The translations under genes were made by a program, and so were the position numbers. A DNA stretch of 64,000 nucleotides from an uncultured Thermoprotei archaeon. GTDB taxonomy: Archaea > Thermoproteota > Thermoprotei > Thermofilales > B15-G2. This document shows, piece after piece, positions 59,756 to 64,000 of the stretch (positions are counted from its first letter, which is position 1; the number at the start of each line of letters is the position of its first letter). Location of the stretch: positions 1 to 64,000 of the forward strand of contig CBDUKN010000002.1 of the NCBI GenBank assembly GCA_965367815.1, written 5' to 3'. The notes under the pieces were generated by a model that saw only the letters and a list, made by a program, of their open reading frames with translations, did no database searches and was not told the DNA's origin.

Positions 59756-60652
59756 TTGATTTATTTTGAGATGGTATCTTCCGTAATTATTAGAGAAGCA
59801 AAAAGTATAGAGGATTTTAGAGCAATAATGGATATTCAGAAGAAAGCCTGGGGCATGGCTGAAGCCGATGTCGTTCCAGCACATTTTCTGAAAGCTATAG
59901 CCGATAACGGTGGTGTAGTATACATTGCCTATGATAAAGAAAAGCCAGTAGGCTTTGTTTTAGGAATCCCTGCGCTCAAAAACGGCAAGCTTTACCATTA
60001 TTCTCACATGGTAGCTGTAATACCCGAATACAGAGGCAAAGGCATAGCCTACAGGCTAAAACTCACTCAAAGAGAAAAAGTCCTGGAGCAAGGACTCGAC
60101 TTGATAATGTGGACATATGATCCCTTACAGGGACTGAACGCTAACTTCAATTTCAGAAAACTAGGAGTAGTCTGTAGACTTTACTTCAGGAACTATTATG
60201 GTGAAATGAGAGACCAGATAAATATAGGGCTTCCCTCGGATCGGTTTAAAGTCGAGTGGTGGATTAAGTCTCTTAGAGTCTCTAAGAAACTTTCAGGAAG
60301 CTATCCTTCTCCAACGCTAAAAGATCTAGAAAGTATAGCTGAAAATGTTGTGGAGACAGAAGTGGTGAAAGGCATTAGAGTAGTTAAAAATATTACTTTA
60401 GATTCTTCAAGTGAAGTTCTTTTAGTAGAAATACCTGAGAGTATTTCTAAAGTAAGAGACGTAGACCTCAAGCTCGCATTAGACTGGAGACTTAAAACCA
60501 GAGAACTTTTTGAGCACTACTTTAGGAGAGGATACATAGCAGTAGATTTTATCACGGTTAAAGAAGGTGATCTGCGCCGAAACTTTTACATATTGTGGAG
60601 AACAAATCTGGAAAAAGTTCTAAGAGGCGAAGTACCATGGAGGTTCGAGTAA
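59756..60652 (+). CDS. GNAT acyltransferase (putative D-amino-acid N-succinyltransferase)
   Basis: YSHMVAV..YRGKGIA, WTYDPL, SDRF; upstream of OSBS/NSAR. Confidence 0.8.
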   Translation: MIYFEMVSSVIIREAKSIEDFRAIMDIQKKAWGMAEADVVPAHFLKAIADNGGVVYIAYDKEKPVGFVLGIPALKNGKLYHYSHMVAVIPEYRGKGIAYRLKLTQREKVLEQGLDLIMWTYDPLQGLNANFNFRKLGVVCRLYFRNYYGEMRDQINIGLPSDRFKVEWWIKSLRVSKKLSGSYPSPTLKDLESIAENVVETEVVKGIRVVKNITLDSSSEVLLVEIPESISKVRDVDLKLALDWRLKTRELFEHYFRRGYIAVDFITVKEGDLRRNFYILWRTNLEKVLRGEVPWRFE

Positions 60653-61767
60653 TAGACCTGTATCATATTAAAATGAAGCTAGCACATCCATTTGAAACGA
60701 GCTTCGGAAGACAAGTCTACAGGTCGTGTATACTCGTGAGAGTTGAAGACGAGTCAGGGGAAGAGGGGTGGGCTGAGTGTGTCGCAGGCGAAGGCCCATG
60801 GTACAGTTATGAAACCGTAGAGACTGCTTGGCACATTATTAGAGACTTCATAGCTCCGCTTATACTTAAAAACGAGATACGGAGCCCCGCCAATGTCTCT
60901 AAAATGCTCTCACGTATTAGAGGACACAATATGGCCAAAGCCGCTGTAGAAATGGCTATATGGGACCTTGAAGCAAAACTACAGAAAAAGCCTTTAGCTC
61001 GACTTCTAGGAGGCACGAAAGACAGAGTAGACAGCGGAGTAAGCATAGGTATTCAAAAGAGCATAGAAAAATTGCTTAAAAGAATAGACTTCTTCCTCGA
61101 GCAAGGATACAAGAGAATAAAGCTCAAAATCAAGCCCGGGTGGGATGTAAACGTAATAAGTCGCGTGAGAAAGGAGTACCCCGATATACTGCTCCAAGTA
61201 GACGCTAACGCCGCATATACTCTACGTGACATAAACACTCTACTCGACTTAGATAAGTATGGTTTGCTCATGATAGAGCAGCCTCTAGACTACGACGACC
61301 TAGTAGACCACGCAGAACTACAGTCTAAACTCAAGACACCGATATGCCTCGATGAAAGCATAAAGAAACCTGAAGACGCCGTCAAAGCATACAAGCTTGG
61401 AAGCTGCAGAGTAATAAACATCAAGCCGGGTCGCGTCGGCGGTCACCACAACTCAATAATAATACACGACTTCTGCCTCTTCGCAGGCATAGGAACCTGG
61501 ATCGGAGGCATGCTAGAAACAGGCATCGGAAGAGGACACTTAGTCGCACTAGCCTCTCTCCCCGGAATAAACTACCCCAACGACATAAGCGCAAGCAACA
61601 GATACTACACTGAAGACATAGTCGAGCCCCCCTGGATACTAAACCACGACGGAACAATATCAGTACCAAATAAGCCCGGCATAGGAGTCGAAGTAAAGCC
61701 AGACCTAATAGAAAAACTTACTCTAAAGAAGACAAGCTTAAAGAAGCCATCCTATAGTAAAGAATAG
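60637..61767 (+). CDS. menC: o-Succinylbenzoate synthase / N-succinylamino acid racemase (enolase superfamily)
   Basis: FETSFG, KLKIK, VDAN, EQP, DES, NIKPGRVGG, GGMLE. Confidence 0.88.
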   Translation: MEVRVIDLYHIKMKLAHPFETSFGRQVYRSCILVRVEDESGEEGWAECVAGEGPWYSYETVETAWHIIRDFIAPLILKNEIRSPANVSKMLSRIRGHNMAKAAVEMAIWDLEAKLQKKPLARLLGGTKDRVDSGVSIGIQKSIEKLLKRIDFFLEQGYKRIKLKIKPGWDVNVISRVRKEYPDILLQVDANAAYTLRDINTLLDLDKYGLLMIEQPLDYDDLVDHAELQSKLKTPICLDESIKKPEDAVKAYKLGSCRVINIKPGRVGGHHNSIIIHDFCLFAGIGTWIGGMLETGIGRGHLVALASLPGINYPNDISASNRYYTEDIVEPPWILNHDGTISVPNKPGIGVEVKPDLIEKLTLKKTSLKKPSYSKE

Positions 61768-61770
61768 GAG

Positions 61771-61818
61771 GTGATGACATTTGTACGTGCTGACTGTGAT
61801 GAGTCTCCACCGAACTGA
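61771..61818 (+). ncRNA. Box C/D guide sRNA
   Basis: GTGATGA-catttgtacgtg-CTGA-ct-GTGATGA-gtctccaccgaa-CTGA; all four boxes are consensus. Confidence 0.93.
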
Positions 61819-61819
61819 T

Positions 61820-62365
61820 TTAAATTCTTTGAGACATTATTATTAAAGACTCGACTATAGCTCCTAGTATAAGTGAAGCTAACGCAATAACGACTTCTTT
61901 TGCCAGAGTTTTAAGCTCACTGGTTAAGTCTAGGTTCTTTTTGAGAAGGAATTTAGCTATAATAGTGTATGTTAAAATAATGTTCTCGCTTAGCGCAATG
62001 GAATATGCTAGAAACTCGATCCAAGTATGAGGAGTGGAGAAAACATGTGCTAAAAGAAAGTCACGCGACTTATTGGAGACTATTGCTAGAGCCGACATAA
62101 CGAGACCTGTAGAATATATTGCCAAGAGGCCAAGTGCTACGCCGGCTACTGGAATAAACATCAGCAAGCATATAGAAGCATTGTTCAGAAAAATGCCTAA
62201 CATCATGTGAGGGAAGTCACTTCTGAGTATATGTTCAAATTTCTTTAAAGCCGTGTTAACTAAGAAGTTAGCATATTCTTCTGAAAGTGGAGTGTAAGCT
62301 CCTATAATAAAGACTACGATAATTACCGCTAGAGTTATGAGCATTACTATGTATCTTTTGACCAT
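61820..62365 (-). CDS. SpoIIM-family membrane protein
   Basis: IFLNN, PHTWIE, GAIVES. Confidence 0.85.
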   Translation of the reverse strand: MVKRYIVMLITLAVIIVVFIIGAYTPLSEEYANFLVNTALKKFEHILRSDFPHMMLGIFLNNASICLLMFIPVAGVALGLLAIYSTGLVMSALAIVSNKSRDFLLAHVFSTPHTWIEFLAYSIALSENIILTYTIIAKFLLKKNLDLTSELKTLAKEVVIALASLILGAIVESLIIMSQRI

Positions 62366-62399
62366 ATAATGTATTTGAGAACTATTTCCTAATTAAGTT

Positions 62400-62861
62400 T
62401 TAACTGTGAGTCTCAGGCTTAATTCCTCCTCCCCGCTCGTAGTCGACAGTCCCTAAATACTCTAGCTTCAGCAGCCTCATGTTGGGCTTTGCTTTGAGCA
62501 GAAACTTCGTCAGCGCGTTAGCCGATAAGATGCCCTCAATGTAGCCCATAGTTCCCCGCTCTGCCATCCAAGTGAACTTACTGTACCCCGATAAACTCCT
62601 GTAGCGTATTTTCTTTACTTTACCTTTAGGCACAACTATCTTCATTACAACTGTCCGCGCAGGCCACTCTCCTATTTGCTCAAGACCATTTTCAGCCTCT
62701 ATTTCAATACCCTTTCTTACAACAAATGCTTTACTCAATACGTAGCGGTCAGCTATTTCTTCAGGTAAACTAGCGTAAAGCAAGTAGAGCCTCACTGTCT
62801 CAAGACTGCAGAGTCCTCCTATTCTGTAAAGAGACTTTTCTTTAAGCTCCATGACCCTCAC
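62400..62861 (-). CDS. Hypothetical protein
   Basis: ORF with plausible composition; start uncertain. Confidence 0.6.
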   Translation of the reverse strand: MRVMELKEKSLYRIGGLCSLETVRLYLLYASLPEEIADRYVLSKAFVVRKGIEIEAENGLEQIGEWPARTVVMKIVVPKGKVKKIRYRSLSGYSKFTWMAERGTMGYIEGILSANALTKFLLKAKPNMRLLKLEYLGTVDYERGGGIKPETHS

Positions 62862-63294
62862 CCGTCGTGTGTGGGAAAGCTGTGTCCTTAAATACCTTAA
62901 AAAAGACTTATTTAAAGATATGTTTAGATGCCTAAAATGCGCTAAATGCTGCTATGAAACCGAAATGATTCTCCTAAAAAGCGATATAGCTAGACTAAAA
63001 GCACTAGGTTATGATTTAAATAAAGTAGCTATTAAGGTAAATAACTACTATCAGCTCAGAAACATCAACGGCCACTGCGTATTCCTAGACGAAAAAACAA
63101 AGCTATGCAAAATATACGAGCACAGACCTCTTGGATGCAGACTCTACCCCATCGTAATAGACATAGAAGAACTAAAAGTAACAGTAGACTCCGAGTGCCC
63201 TGCCGCATACACTGTTACAGTAGAAGACATCATAAAGAACAGAGACCTGATACTAAAGGTCTTAAACGAGCTTAGAGAAATGAATATAATTTAA
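62851..63294 (+). CDS. YkgJ-family CxxCxxCC protein (start probably later, ~62919)
   Basis: CLKCAKCC, CVFL, CKIYEHRPLGCRLYP. Confidence 0.88.
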   Translation: MTLTRRVWESCVLKYLKKDLFKDMFRCLKCAKCCYETEMILLKSDIARLKALGYDLNKVAIKVNNYYQLRNINGHCVFLDEKTKLCKIYEHRPLGCRLYPIVIDIEELKVTVDSECPAAYTVTVEDIIKNRDLILKVLNELREMNII

Positions 63295-63313
63295 AGTAAA
63301 GACTAGCTCCTCA

Positions 63314-64000
63314 GTGGAAAAACGCAGACCCATTGCTTTAACCAAATACGCTTTCGAGAAAATAAGCAACATATACGATAGGCTGAGAAGAAAACCCTGG
63401 TTACCTATTCTCAAAATAGCTGAAGCCGCCTATAGACCACCTCTACTTGATGCTGGATGCGGCACTGGAAGACATACAATTCCTCTTTTAAAGAAAGGAG
63501 ACATTATTGCAGTCGATATAGCATTTAACATGGTTAAAATACTCAATACAAAAACACGAAGCAAAAATCTACATGCAGTAGTTGCTGACCTCTCTTACCT
63601 ACCTTTTCGTGAAAACAGTATAGGCACAGTAATCTGTATAGCAACTCTCCATCATCTTCCCGGACGCTATCGACTAAAGGCTTTAAAAGAATTTAAAAGA
63701 GTATTAAAGCCCAGAGGCATGGCCATAATAACAGTATGGAGCATACTACAGCGAGGCTTTATTTTCAGAGCCCTTAAACAATATGTTTTAAGTAAACTCA
63801 GATTCACTAAAACATCTTTATCATTCGGGGATCTTTACGTGACATGGAAAACTCCCCAAGGCCCCATATACCGTTTCTATCACCTATATTTCCCAGGAAA
63901 ACTTGAAAAAGAAGTAAAGAAAGCAGGCTTTCAGATTAAAAGCTCCTTTGTATACAACCCGCATAAAAAACTCTTTGAGAACTTTGGAGTAATAGCAATC
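63314..64000 (+). CDS. Class I SAM methyltransferase, Trm9/ALKBH8-like; truncated by the window
   Basis: RRKPW, LLDAGCGTGRH, IATLHHL, RVLKP, ITVW, RFYH. Confidence 0.8.
   Translation, partial: MEKRRPIALTKYAFEKISNIYDRLRRKPWLPILKIAEAAYRPPLLDAGCGTGRHTIPLLKKGDIIAVDIAFNMVKILNTKTRSKNLHAVVADLSYLPFRENSIGTVICIATLHHLPGRYRLKALKEFKRVLKPRGMAIITVWSILQRGFIFRALKQYVLSKLRFTKTSLSFGDLYVTWKTPQGPIYRFYHLYFPGKLEKEVKKAGFQIKSSFVYNPHKKLFENFGVIAI

Noticed and set aside
60761-60774. AAGAGGGGTGGGCT resembling the element start module
   Set aside because: Lies inside the menC-like CDS (EEGWA) with no upstream ATTTTTA; likely chance.
1895-61669. Many short antisense or overlapping ORFs in the track (e.g. 1895-2215, 4129-4488, 29316-29681, 42948-43304, 56568-57092)
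   Set aside because: Ser/Leu/Phe-rich shadows of well-supported genes on the other strand or frame.
1-64000. CRISPR array, tRNA or rRNA genes
   Set aside because: No regularly spaced repeats, cloverleaf/T-loop signatures or long rRNA-like tracts were seen by eye.

Overview
Chromosomal window from a (hyper)thermophilic archaeon, probably Thermoproteota, judged from class I LysRS, archaeal-type ProRS and PheRS, SufCB, TATA/GGTGA signals and many C/D guide RNAs. Positions 1-~5.2 kb look like one end of an integrated element. It carries a SWIM Zn-finger gene, a MoxR-type AAA+ ATPase, an HEXXH/vWA protein, a small ORF and a tyrosine integrase. Four element genes start with the same TATA-SD-GTG-RGY-TCR module. 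The integrase lies directly downstream of a box C/D sRNA gene, where a tRNA att site would normally be. The rest is housekeeping and metabolic genes. It contains 10 readable box C/D sRNAs (including the one by the integrase), one H/ACA-like hairpin, several pseudogene remnants, an ASCH + GNAT-ABC ATPase pair, and an AEP primase-like protein with a PIP-like tail. I saw no tRNA, rRNA or CRISPR array. Protein and rRNA-target assignments come from recalled motifs, not database searches.
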